28,942 nt of DNA, taken from contig CAZMGA010000007.1 in assembly GCA_964565725.1 (NCBI GenBank), forward strand, positions 1-28,942, in the 5' to 3' direction. Positions within the stretch are counted from its first letter, which is position 1. Each line of letters begins with the position of its first letter. Shown one piece after another: positions 8,817 through 16,272 of the stretch. The stretch is from an uncultured archaeon. GTDB taxonomy: Archaea; Iainarchaeota; Iainarchaeia; Iainarchaeales; 0-14-0-20-30-16. The position numbers were made by a program, and so were the translations under genes. The notes under the pieces were generated by a model, which saw only the letters and a program-made list of their open reading frames with translations, made no database searches and had not been told where the DNA came from.

Positions 8817-9077
8817 ATGACTACTGGAAGATTTGGTTCAAAATATGGTTCAAAAGTAAGAAAAAATGTAACTGCTATTGAATCTCAATATAAATTTAAA
8901 AAACAAGTTTGTCCATTTTGTGGAAAAAAATCTGTAAAAAGAGAAGCTGCAGGAATTTTTGTTTGTGATAATTGTGGAAAAAAATTTGCAGGTGCAGCAT
9001 ATACTACAGAAAGTATATCTAATAAAACAATAATTAAAAAATTATTCAATAAAAATGGAGAATTATCTACAAAATAA
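8817..9077 (+). CDS. rpl37ae: 50S ribosomal protein L37Ae (eL43)
   Basis: GRFGSKYGSKVRK followed by the zinc ribbon CPFCGK...CDNCGKKFAGAAY. AGGAAGTGA Shine-Dalgarno. ATG 8817 preferred over the listed GTG 8808. Confidence 0.9.
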   Translation: MTTGRFGSKYGSKVRKNVTAIESQYKFKKQVCPFCGKKSVKREAAGIFVCDNCGKKFAGAAYTTESISNKTIIKKLFNKNGELSTK

Positions 9078-9137
9078 GGTTATGATTTGTTGAAAGTTTT
9101 TACTTAAAATAAATCATAAATTATAGGAGTTGAATTT

Positions 9138-9275
9138 ATGACAAGATATAAATGTGTAAGATGTGGAAAAATATTTGAAGCACAATTAGATGGTCCTGTA
9201 AGATGTCCTTATTGTTCTTTTAGAGTTATTGAAAAAATTAGAGCTGAAGTTATAAAAGAAATAAAGGCTGAGTAA
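9138..9275 (+). CDS. rpoP: DNA-directed RNA polymerase subunit P (Rpo12), 45 aa; not in supplied ORF track
   Basis: Hand translation gives MTRYKCVRCGKIFEAQLDGPVRCPYCSFRVIEKIRAEVIKEIKAE, with a CxxC...CxxC zinc ribbon. GGAG Shine-Dalgarno upstream. Canonical superoperon position between eL43 and Brix. Confidence 0.8.
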   Translation: MTRYKCVRCGKIFEAQLDGPVRCPYCSFRVIEKIRAEVIKEIKAE

Positions 9276-9276
9276 A

Positions 9277-9762
9277 ATGAATTATATTACTACATCTAGA
9301 AAACCTTGTGATAGAGTTAAATCTTTTGTAAAAGATTTGGCATTTTTATTTAGTGCTCAATATATTACAAGAGGTAAAAATTCTATTAGTGATTTAATCG
9401 CTGATGCAAGATATAAAGGAGTAAATAAAATAATTATAATTACTGAAAAAAATGGTAATCCTTTTCAAATTTTAACATTAAATGTTAATGAAAAAACTTG
9501 GGATTGGAGTGAAACCTATTTTATAACTATATTAAAAACAAGAAGTGAAATAACTTCTGAAAAACCAAAGTTTAGAGCTTTTGATTTAAAAACAGAAAAT
9601 AAAGAATTAATATTTTTATTAAAATCTGTAAATGCAAAATATAGTTCAGAAGCAAATGCAAAAGTAAAAGATAAAGGTAAAGGTGTTTCTATTTATTATG
9701 ATAAAAAAGAAATTGGCCCTGCTTTTAAAGTTGAATGGGCAAGAGACAAATCAGAGGAATAA
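9277..9762 (+). CDS. Brix/Imp4-domain ribosome biogenesis protein
   Basis: ITTSRKPCDRVKSFVKDL...YITRGKNSISDL matches the archaeal Brix N-terminus (ITTSRKPs-R-t-SF-kdL...RGK). Start is 1 nt after the rpoP stop. Confidence 0.8.
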   Translation: MNYITTSRKPCDRVKSFVKDLAFLFSAQYITRGKNSISDLIADARYKGVNKIIIITEKNGNPFQILTLNVNEKTWDWSETYFITILKTRSEITSEKPKFRAFDLKTENKELIFLLKSVNAKYSSEANAKVKDKGKGVSIYYDKKEIGPAFKVEWARDKSEE

Positions 9763-9764
9763 TA

Positions 9765-10001
9765 ATGGATATAACTTTAACTATAAAATTAAAAAATAAA
9801 AATATAGATAATATTTTAAAAGCTATAGAATTAGATATCTATGATAAAGGTAGAGCAAAATTAAATTATAATATTGAAAATAATACTTTAATATTTAATA
9901 TAGAATCTAAAGATGTAACATCTGTTAGAGCTACTACTAATGCAATATTATTAAAATTGAAAATGTTTAATGAATTAGATAATAAATTAGAGGTGATTTA
10001 A
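9765..10001 (+). CDS. pcc1: KEOPS complex subunit Pcc1-like (78 aa)
   Basis: Small alpha/beta protein. LIFNIESKDVTSVRATTNAILLKLKMF resembles the Pcc1 l-x-i-x-a-x-D-x-x-x-LRa-x-x-Ns pattern. It occupies the COG2892 slot before prefoldin beta. Internal ATG 9765 preferred over the listed 9735. Confidence 0.55.
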   Translation: MDITLTIKLKNKNIDNILKAIELDIYDKGRAKLNYNIENNTLIFNIESKDVTSVRATTNAILLKLKMFNELDNKLEVI

Positions 10002-10333
10002 TGACTAATGTAAGTAATGAAGATTTTGTTGCTTTTAATCAATATAATTCTCAATTATCTGCATTGATTGCACAAAAAAATCAATTAAAAATGCTAATTG
10101 ATAGTACAAATAATGCTATTGAAGAATTAACAAAAAGTAAAGAAGATAAAGCATATAAAAATTTGGGTTTTGTTATGTTAAAAGTAGATAAAAAGGATTT
10201 GGTTAAAGATTTAGAAGAAGAAATAGAAAAATTAAATATTAGAATAAAAACTTTAGATAAATCTGAAGATCTTATAACTAAAAAATTAAAAGATATTCAA
10301 ACTAAATTAGAATCAAATGTAAAAAAAGAGTAG
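10001..10333 (+). CDS. pfdB: prefoldin subunit beta
   Basis: Two coiled-coil arms flank AYKNLGFVMLKVDKKDLVKDLEEEIEKLNIRIKTLDK (the beta-hairpin vyk-x-vG-x-vlvk motif). The ATG overlaps the pcc1 stop (TAATG). Confidence 0.8.
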   Translation: MTNVSNEDFVAFNQYNSQLSALIAQKNQLKMLIDSTNNAIEELTKSKEDKAYKNLGFVMLKVDKKDLVKDLEEEIEKLNIRIKTLDKSEDLITKKLKDIQTKLESNVKKE

Positions 10334-10372
10334 TACAAACTCTTTTTTATTTTTCTTATTTTTAATAGATTA
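10322..10372. terminator. bidirectional hairpin plus T-tracts between convergent genes
   Basis: AAAAAAGAG (10322-10330), a 9-nt loop, then CTCTTTTTT (10340-10348), followed by T-runs. On the minus strand the same stem is followed by T7. Confidence 0.45.
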
Positions 10373-10395
10373 ATATTTATCAAATTAGATTTAAA

Positions 10396-11154
10396 TTATA
10401 TTTTTATATTTTTATTATTGTCTAATATTTCTACTTTGCAATTCTTTAATTTTTCTTCACATCTTGATTTGAATTTTTCTATATTTATTTTTATTATTTC
10501 AAAAGTGTTATAATGCATAGGAATTGCTAGTTTACATTTTAACTGTCTAGTCATAGATATAAATTCAAACATATCTGAAGTTAAAATCCCACCTGCGGGT
10601 AATATGGCTATATCTATATCCTCTATAATTTTTGGTAAAGAATTTGTATCCCCTGCAAAATAAATAGTTTTATTATCTTTTTTTATTATATAACCTACAG
10701 GGTAAAAAGATTGAGGATGTTGTGCACAAACAACCTCTATATTAGTATTTGAAACTATAATTTTATCATCTACTTTTATTGTTCTAATCAAATTTTTTTC
10801 TATATTTAAATTTTTTGTAACTTCATAAGGGCCAACAACTATTGATTTGTCTCTGTTAACTAAAAAATCTATAGCCTCTTTATCAAAATGATCAAAATGT
10901 TCATGACTTATTAAAATTATATTTACTTTAGGTAATTTTTTTATATCATAATTGTTTTGCTCTAATAATTTTAAATTAGGTACACTTTTATTATTAAAAT
11001 AAGGATCTGTTAGGATGGTGGTGTTATCAGAAAATTTTATTAAAAAACAAGAATGATATATTTTTGTTAATTCAATATTTGTTTTATCTGATTTATTAGA
11101 AACATCTTTTTTTTCATTTTGTTTTGAAAAAAATTTATTTATGAAATCAACCAT
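10396..11154 (-). CDS. MBL-fold metallo-hydrolase
   Basis: HEHFDH (HxHxDH) metal-binding motif, plus a later AGDT and terminal histidines. Length ~250 aa. Confidence 0.75.
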   Translation of the reverse strand: MVDFINKFFSKQNEKKDVSNKSDKTNIELTKIYHSCFLIKFSDNTTILTDPYFNNKSVPNLKLLEQNNYDIKKLPKVNIILISHEHFDHFDKEAIDFLVNRDKSIVVGPYEVTKNLNIEKNLIRTIKVDDKIIVSNTNIEVVCAQHPQSFYPVGYIIKKDNKTIYFAGDTNSLPKIIEDIDIAILPAGGILTSDMFEFISMTRQLKCKLAIPMHYNTFEIIKINIEKFKSRCEEKLKNCKVEILDNNKNIKI

Positions 11155-11228
11155 AAATATAATAATAAAAAAACTTTTTAAAGAGTTGTTTATTTTTATG
11201 TGTTTTAAAATTTATAATGAAAACATTT

Positions 11229-11252
11229 AAATGTAAAAAATACCTTACATTT
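11229..11252. promoter_or_regulatory. palindromic operator candidate 1 (AAATGTAA-N8-TTACATTT)
   Basis: Perfect 8-bp inverted arms with an 8-bp spacer, in the divergent intergenic region. Confidence 0.4.
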
Positions 11253-11283
11253 TAACATCTGTTTATAAAGATTTCTTATCTAT

Positions 11284-11305
11284 AATGTAATATTTTTTTT
11301 ACATT
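11284..11305. promoter_or_regulatory. palindromic operator candidate 2 (AATGTAA-N8-TTACATT)
   Basis: Same ATGTAA-N8-TTACAT architecture, centred 54 bp from copy 1. It abuts the GGGGGA ribosome-binding site of the 11318 gene. Confidence 0.4.
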
Positions 11306-11317
11306 TGGGGGAATTTT

Positions 11318-11707
11318 ATGAATAAAAAAACAAAATTTTTTATAAAATTAATTTTTGGGTTGTTTTGTATTATTATTGGAGTTTTATTAAATATATTTGT
11401 AGGTTTTAATTCTACTTTGCCATTTAATGGAGTAGGTAATTTTTTAATTTATGGAGGTGTTTTAACAGTAATATCAACAATAATATTTTTTAAAAAACAA
11501 AGATTAATAGATGAGAGAATAGAACTAATAGCTTATAAAACTTTAAAGATAGTTTATGCTATAATAATTTATTCATTATTTATTATAATGATTATTGATA
11601 TGATTATACCTATTAAAATGAGCTATTATTTATTTATAAGTTATTTAATTATGAGTTATATGTTAATTTATTTTATTGTTTATTATTTTATTGAAAGGAG
11701 GAATTAA
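11318..11707 (+). CDS. small integral membrane protein (about 4 TM) with DER motif
   Basis: Hydrophobic segments flank KKQRLIDERIELIAYK. Resembles the DUF2178-type membrane proteins that accompany small XRE regulators. Confidence 0.55.
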   Translation: MNKKTKFFIKLIFGLFCIIIGVLLNIFVGFNSTLPFNGVGNFLIYGGVLTVISTIIFFKKQRLIDERIELIAYKTLKIVYAIIIYSLFIIMIIDMIIPIKMSYYLFISYLIMSYMLIYFIVYYFIERRN

Positions 11708-11708
11708 T

Positions 11709-12137
11709 ATGATAGGAAAACCAGAATGGTTTGAAAGAAGAAAATATTTAGGTTGGGGAATTCATCCTAAAACTAAAGAAGGTTGGATTTATTTATTATT
11801 TATTATATTAATTGCTATTATAATTCAATTTTTACCTTTAAATACTAATTTAAAATTTTTAATTACTATTGGTTATATAGTTTTGTTAATTTTAGATGTT
11901 TTACATATTATGACTAAATTAAAAAAAGATGAAAGAGAAAGAATACATGAAGCTATTGAAGATAGAAATGCTCTATGGATTATTATCTTTGTTTTAATAA
12001 TTGCCATATTTTATCAATCTGTTGTTGCGTTTATAAATAAAACAACTTATGATTTAGATATTTGGATAATAATCGCTTTGTTGTCTGGAGCATTAATGAA
12101 AACTTTCACGGGTATTTATTTAAGAAAAAAATCATAA
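11709..12137 (+). CDS. small integral membrane protein (DUF2178-like) with DER motif
   Basis: GGAGG Shine-Dalgarno upstream of the ATG at 11709 (internal to the listed ORF). TM segments flank KKDERERIHEAIEDR. Paralog-like to the preceding gene. Confidence 0.55.
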   Translation: MIGKPEWFERRKYLGWGIHPKTKEGWIYLLFIILIAIIIQFLPLNTNLKFLITIGYIVLLILDVLHIMTKLKKDERERIHEAIEDRNALWIIIFVLIIAIFYQSVVAFINKTTYDLDIWIIIALLSGALMKTFTGIYLRKKS

Positions 12138-12147
12138 AAGGGATTAA

Positions 12148-12339
12148 ATGAAAACAAATATTGAAAAATATAGAAAAAAATTAAAATTAACACAGGAAGA
12201 CTTAGCATTAAAATGTAATATAACAAGGCAAACTATTATTGCTTTGGAACAAAATAAATACAATCCTAGTTTAGAATTGGCTTTTAAAATAAAACAAGCC
12301 TTAAAAGCAAAGAAAATAGAAGATATATTTGAATTTTAA
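12148..12339 (+). CDS. XRE-family helix-turn-helix transcriptional regulator (63 aa)
   Basis: [41 protein letters not shown] is a classic Cro/C1 HTH of the short YozG/y4mF-like type. Confidence 0.8.
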   Translation: MKTNIEKYRKKLKLTQEDLALKCNITRQTIIALEQNKYNPSLELAFKIKQALKAKKIEDIFEF

Positions 12340-12428
12340 AATAATATATTTACAAATACCTTTTAATATATCTTCTATACTATATTATTTAAATCTATTA
12401 TTGTATTATAGATTGAAAAGGTGATTTA

Positions 12429-14192
12429 ATGAAAATAGAAAACGGTATTGCTAAAGATTTAGATTTTAGCACAAAAGAAGGAAAAGAAATATTTTGGCAT
12501 AGTTCTTCTCATATTTTAGCATCAGCTATAAAACAGTTATATCCAGATGTAAAAGTTACAATTGGCCCTGCTATAGAAAATGGATTTTATTATGATTTTG
12601 ATAATTTAAATATTACTCCTGAAGATTTTAAAAAAATAGAAAAACAATTTTATTCTATTGTAAATAAAAAAATACCTTTTGAATATAAAGTAGTTAGTAA
12701 AGAGGAAGCAAAATTAATTTTTAAAAATGAGCCTTATAAATTAGAATTAATTGAGAATTTACCAAGTACAGAAATAATTAGTACATATAAACTAGGAGAT
12801 TTTATAGATTTGTGTAGAGGCCCGCATTTGGAAGATTCTAGTTTTGTTAAAGCAATAAAAATAATGAATTTAGCTGGAGCTTATTGGAAAGGAGATTCAA
12901 AAAATAAAATGTTAACTAGAGTATATGCTATTTCATTTCAAAATAAAGAACAATTAGATGAATATATTACTTTTTTAGAAGAAGCAAAAAGAAGAGATCA
13001 TAGATTACTAGGTCAAAAATTAGATTTATTTTCTTTTAATGATTATGCCCCAGGATTTCCATTTTTTCATAATAATGGAATAATTATTTTAGATGAATTG
13101 GTTGATTATTGGAAAGAAATTCATAGAGCTTATAATTATGAGATTGTTAGGACACCACAAATTATGAAAAAAGAATTATGGGTAAAATCAGGACATTGGG
13201 ATAAATATCAAGAAAATATGTATTCTTTGAAAATTGATGAGGAAGATTTTGAAATTAAACCTATGAATTGCCCGGGAGGAATGTTGTTATATAAAGAAAA
13301 AATACATTCTTATAAAGAATTTCCATTAAAAGTGGGTGAGTTAGGAATAGTACATAGACATGAATTATCTGGTGCATTAAATGGATTATTTAGAGTTAGG
13401 GTTTTCACACAAGATGATGCACATATTTTTGTAACTGAAGAACAAATTACTTCTCAAGTTCAAGAAATTTTTGAAATTTTAAATAAAATTTATTCTACTT
13501 TTGGATTAGATTATAAAATTTATTTAAGTACTATGCCTGAAAAACATATTGGTACAAAAGAAACTTGGGATAAATCAATAGATGCTTTAAAAGATGCATT
13601 AAAATCTCTTAATAAAGAATATATTATTAATGAAGGAGATGGGGCATTTTATGGGCCAAAAATTGATGTAATGGTAAAAGATTCCTTGAATAGATTTCAT
13701 CAGTGTGCCACAATTCAATTAGATGCTACTTTACCTGAAAGATTTAATCTAACTTATGTTGGTAAAGATAATGCTGAACATAGACCTGTAATGATGCATA
13801 GAGTAATTTATGGTAGCTTAGAAAGATTTTTTGCAGTAATTTTAGAACATTTTGCTGGAAAGTTTCCTTTGTGGTTAAATCCAAATCAAATAATAATAAT
13901 TCCTATTGCTGAACCTTTTAATGATTATTCTAAAAAAATTAATGATCAATTAAAAGAATTAGGATTTAGAACAAAAGTAGATTTATCTGACAATTCTTTA
14001 AATAAAAAAATTAGAGAGGCTGAAAAAATATATCCTAATTATATTTGTGTTGTTGGCGAGGATGAAGTAAAGAATAATTCTATAAATGTTAGAATTAGAG
14101 ATACAAAAGAACAAAAATCTTTTAATGTTAAAGAATTTATAGATTTAGTTCTAAAAGAAAAAAATGAAAGAGTAATAAAAAGCAAATTATAG
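12429..14192 (+). CDS. thrS: threonine--tRNA ligase (bacterial-type N2 editing domain, no TGS domain)
   Basis: HSSSHILASAIKQLYPDVKVTIGPAIENGFYYDFD and DLCRGPH (editing-site HxxxH...CxxxH). Class II core motifs (FRVRVFTQDDAHIF, GAFYGPKID). C-terminal anticodon-binding domain. Confidence 0.95.
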   Translation: MKIENGIAKDLDFSTKEGKEIFWHSSSHILASAIKQLYPDVKVTIGPAIENGFYYDFDNLNITPEDFKKIEKQFYSIVNKKIPFEYKVVSKEEAKLIFKNEPYKLELIENLPSTEIISTYKLGDFIDLCRGPHLEDSSFVKAIKIMNLAGAYWKGDSKNKMLTRVYAISFQNKEQLDEYITFLEEAKRRDHRLLGQKLDLFSFNDYAPGFPFFHNNGIIILDELVDYWKEIHRAYNYEIVRTPQIMKKELWVKSGHWDKYQENMYSLKIDEEDFEIKPMNCPGGMLLYKEKIHSYKEFPLKVGELGIVHRHELSGALNGLFRVRVFTQDDAHIFVTEEQITSQVQEIFEILNKIYSTFGLDYKIYLSTMPEKHIGTKETWDKSIDALKDALKSLNKEYIINEGDGAFYGPKIDVMVKDSLNRFHQCATIQLDATLPERFNLTYVGKDNAEHRPVMMHRVIYGSLERFFAVILEHFAGKFPLWLNPNQIIIIPIAEPFNDYSKKINDQLKELGFRTKVDLSDNSLNKKIREAEKIYPNYICVVGEDEVKNNSINVRIRDTKEQKSFNVKEFIDLVLKEKNERVIKSKL

Positions 14193-14210
14193 CTTTTTAT
14201 TTTTTTTATA
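14177..14210 (+). terminator. hairpin plus T-run after thrS
   Basis: AAAAAGC (14177-14183), an 8-nt loop, GCTTTTT (14192-14198), then T8. The AT-rich stem is weak. Confidence 0.3.
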
Positions 14211-14224
14211 TTTTTTGTGATGAT

Positions 14225-14899
14225 ATGTTTTTAGAAATTTTATATCTTTTTGTTTTTACTAGTTTTTTTGGTTGGCTTATAGAATTTTTTTATAGAGGTA
14301 TTACTTACAAAAAAGCGTATAAACCAGGATTTTTGAATGGTTTTTATTTGCCTATTTATGGTGTTTCTAGTATCATATTATATTTTATTTCTAGTTATAA
14401 TATAAATGTTTTTTACAAATTTTTATTATTTATAATTATTATAACTCTTGTAGAATATATTACTGGTTGGATCTTTGTAAATGTTTTTAAAATTCATTTA
14501 TGGAATTATAGCGATGATAAATTTAATTTTCAAGGTATTATTTGTTTGGGATATTCTATTATCTGGGGATTTTTAGGTTTATTTTTTAATTATATTATTT
14601 ATCCTGTTTATAATAATATTTTTTATTTAATTAAAGATAATATTTTCATTTTCATTTTAATAATAATATTTTATTTAATTTTTATTTTAGATTTAATTGT
14701 TTCCTTTAATTTATTATATAAAATTAAAAAAATGAGAAATGAATTAAGATATAATATTATGGCTTTTAATTATCCTTTGTTTAGACAAAAAATTCGAAAA
14801 AATATAAAATTTAAATTATTTAACAATTATTTTAAAATTAAACCAAAAATAGATAAAGATAATTTATTAAAAAGTTTTAAAAAAATATTAAAAGAGTGA
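14225..14899 (+). CDS. polytopic membrane protein, PF06541-like (putative ABC-transporter type IV / DUF1113 family)
   Basis: FFGWLIEFFYRG...GFLNGFYLPIYG and HLWNYSDDKFNFQGIICL match the family motifs GWxxExxY...GPxxPIYG and lWdYS...G-x-I. Confidence 0.6.
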   Translation: MFLEILYLFVFTSFFGWLIEFFYRGITYKKAYKPGFLNGFYLPIYGVSSIILYFISSYNINVFYKFLLFIIIITLVEYITGWIFVNVFKIHLWNYSDDKFNFQGIICLGYSIIWGFLGLFFNYIIYPVYNNIFYLIKDNIFIFILIIIFYLIFILDLIVSFNLLYKIKKMRNELRYNIMAFNYPLFRQKIRKNIKFKLFNNYFKIKPKIDKDNLLKSFKKILKE

Positions 14900-14903
14900 T
14901 TGA

Positions 14904-15401
14904 ATGTTTTATAATTATGCATTATTATTTTTATTTGGTAGTATTTTAGGTTATTTTGTAGAATCTTTTTATTTATTTATTAATGGTTTTAATTATTTAA
15001 ATCATGGTTTTTTATTTGGCCCTTGGTTGCCAATATTCGGATTTGGAGTTTTAATTTACTATTTAATTTCTAAATCAAAAATTAAAACACAATATAAATT
15101 TTTATTATTTGCATTAGGTCCTACTGTATTGGAATTTATAGTAGGATTATTTTTCAAATATGTATATAAAGTATCTTTATGGAATTATTCAAAAGAAGAT
15201 TTTAATTTGTTAGGAATAATAAGTCCAAAGTATGTATTTTATTGGTTTGTATTAGGGCTAATTTTTTATTATTTATTCTATCCTAATTTGAATAAAATAT
15301 CTAAAAAAATTAAAAATTATAAATATCTAAAAATTATAACTATTATTTTATATGTTATTTTTGGAATTGATATAATTTTATCTTTTATAAGTTTTTTTTA
15401 A
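14904..15401 (+). CDS. polytopic membrane protein, PF06541-like (tandem paralog)
   Basis: GYFVESFY...GFLFGPWLPIFGFG and SLWNYSKEDFNLLGIISP. Same motif set as the upstream gene. Confidence 0.6.
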   Translation: MFYNYALLFLFGSILGYFVESFYLFINGFNYLNHGFLFGPWLPIFGFGVLIYYLISKSKIKTQYKFLLFALGPTVLEFIVGLFFKYVYKVSLWNYSKEDFNLLGIISPKYVFYWFVLGLIFYYLFYPNLNKISKKIKNYKYLKIITIILYVIFGIDIILSFISFF

Positions 15402-15463
15402 AATAAAATATGTTAAAAATATAATTTTCTACTTTTAGTTAGATTTTATATAATTTTGTAATA

Positions 15464-15546
15464 TGCGGGAGAAGAGATTCGAACTCTTGAAGGCCTTCGC
15501 CAGTGGCTCCTAAGGCCACCCCGGTTGACCGCTGCGGCACTCCCGC
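15464..15546 (-). tRNA. tRNA-Leu (anticodon UAG), class II with long variable arm; no encoded CCA
   Basis: Hand fold of the reverse complement GCGGGAGTGCCGCAGCGGTCAACCGGGGTGGCCTTAGGAGCCACTGGCGAAGGCCTTCAAGAGTTCGAATCTCTTCTCCCGC(A). It has a 7-bp acceptor, anticodon stem GTGGC/GCCAC, loop CT-TAG-GA, a 14-nt variable arm, and T-arm AAGAG-TTCGAAT-CTCTT. It forms a GC-rich island in AT-rich DNA. Confidence 0.9.
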
Positions 15547-15630
15547 GATATCCTTTCTTTTAAAAAAAGAAAGTCTCACGCTCATCCAAAGAAAACAAGT
15601 ATGTTTCGCTTTGCTCAAGCATACAGTAAT
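15547..15630 (-). other. candidate structured 5' leader or co-transcribed small RNA upstream of tRNA-Leu
   Basis: Locally GC-enriched segment with a perfect 9-bp/3-nt-loop hairpin (15553-15573) and a second hairpin (GTATG...CATAC, 15599-15624). The nearest good minus-strand TATA (TTTATATATA, plus coordinates ~15655-15665) is ~110 nt from the tRNA 5' end. Confidence 0.25.
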
Positions 15631-15789
15631 AAGATAATATATTTTTGCTACATTATATATATAAATCTACGGGTTTTTATTATTTTGTGAAAAATAAAGA
15701 ATTTTTTCATAAATTATATGATATGATTAATTTGGAAAATAAAGAAAAACAAAAATTAAATTAGTTAATACAATTAAAAAAGTTATTTA

Positions 15790-16272
15790 ATGATTTTTAT
15801 GATTGATGATGAATATTTAGATATTGTAAATGAAAATGATATTGTTATAGGAAAAGATTTAAGAAGTAAAATATATGCCAAAGGTTTATCACATAATGTG
15901 AGAGTTGTAAATATCTTTTTATTAAATTCTAAGAATGAATTATTAATTCCTTTAAGATCAAATAACAGAAAGATATTTCCTAATTGCTATGATTTTTCTT
16001 GTGGCGAACATGTAATGTCTGGAGAGGATTATTATGATACAGCAATAAGGGGATTAAAAGAGGAATTAGGTAAATTGACTCCAAAAGATAAAGTAAATTG
16101 TTTTATGAAAGTGTACAAACTAAATTATGATCCCCAAATAAAAAATTACGATAAAGTTGGTGTTCAAAGTATGAATTGGTTTACTATAAAAAAAGTAAAA
16201 CAATTATTAAAAGAAGATAAGACTAGATTTAAAGGTGATTTTTTAGTAACATTTGAAAAATATTTTTGTTAA
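15790..16272 (+). CDS. NUDIX-family hydrolase (IDI-like/COG1443-type), slightly degenerate Nudix box
   Basis: GEHVMSGEDYYDTAIRGLKEELG approximates Gx5Ex7REUxEExGU, with one extra residue before the first Glu and RGL in place of REU. The upstream LLNSKNELLIPLRSNNRKIFPNCYDFSCGEH resembles IDI-like Nudix proteins. Confidence 0.55.
   Translation: MIFMIDDEYLDIVNENDIVIGKDLRSKIYAKGLSHNVRVVNIFLLNSKNELLIPLRSNNRKIFPNCYDFSCGEHVMSGEDYYDTAIRGLKEELGKLTPKDKVNCFMKVYKLNYDPQIKNYDKVGVQSMNWFTIKKVKQLLKEDKTRFKGDFLVTFEKYFC

Noticed and set aside
9735-9764. Listed start of the 88-aa ORF overlapping the Brix gene end
   Set aside because: The first 10 codons overlap the Brix coding sequence. The internal ATG at 9765, 2 nt after the Brix stop, gives a typical Pcc1-sized protein.
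12392-12414. Inverted repeat AATCTAT-N9-ATAGATT upstream of thrS (considered as a possible T-box or operator mimic)
   Set aside because: It has only 7 A/T-rich base pairs, no specifier or T-box features, and archaea are not known to use such thrS control. Evidence is insufficient.
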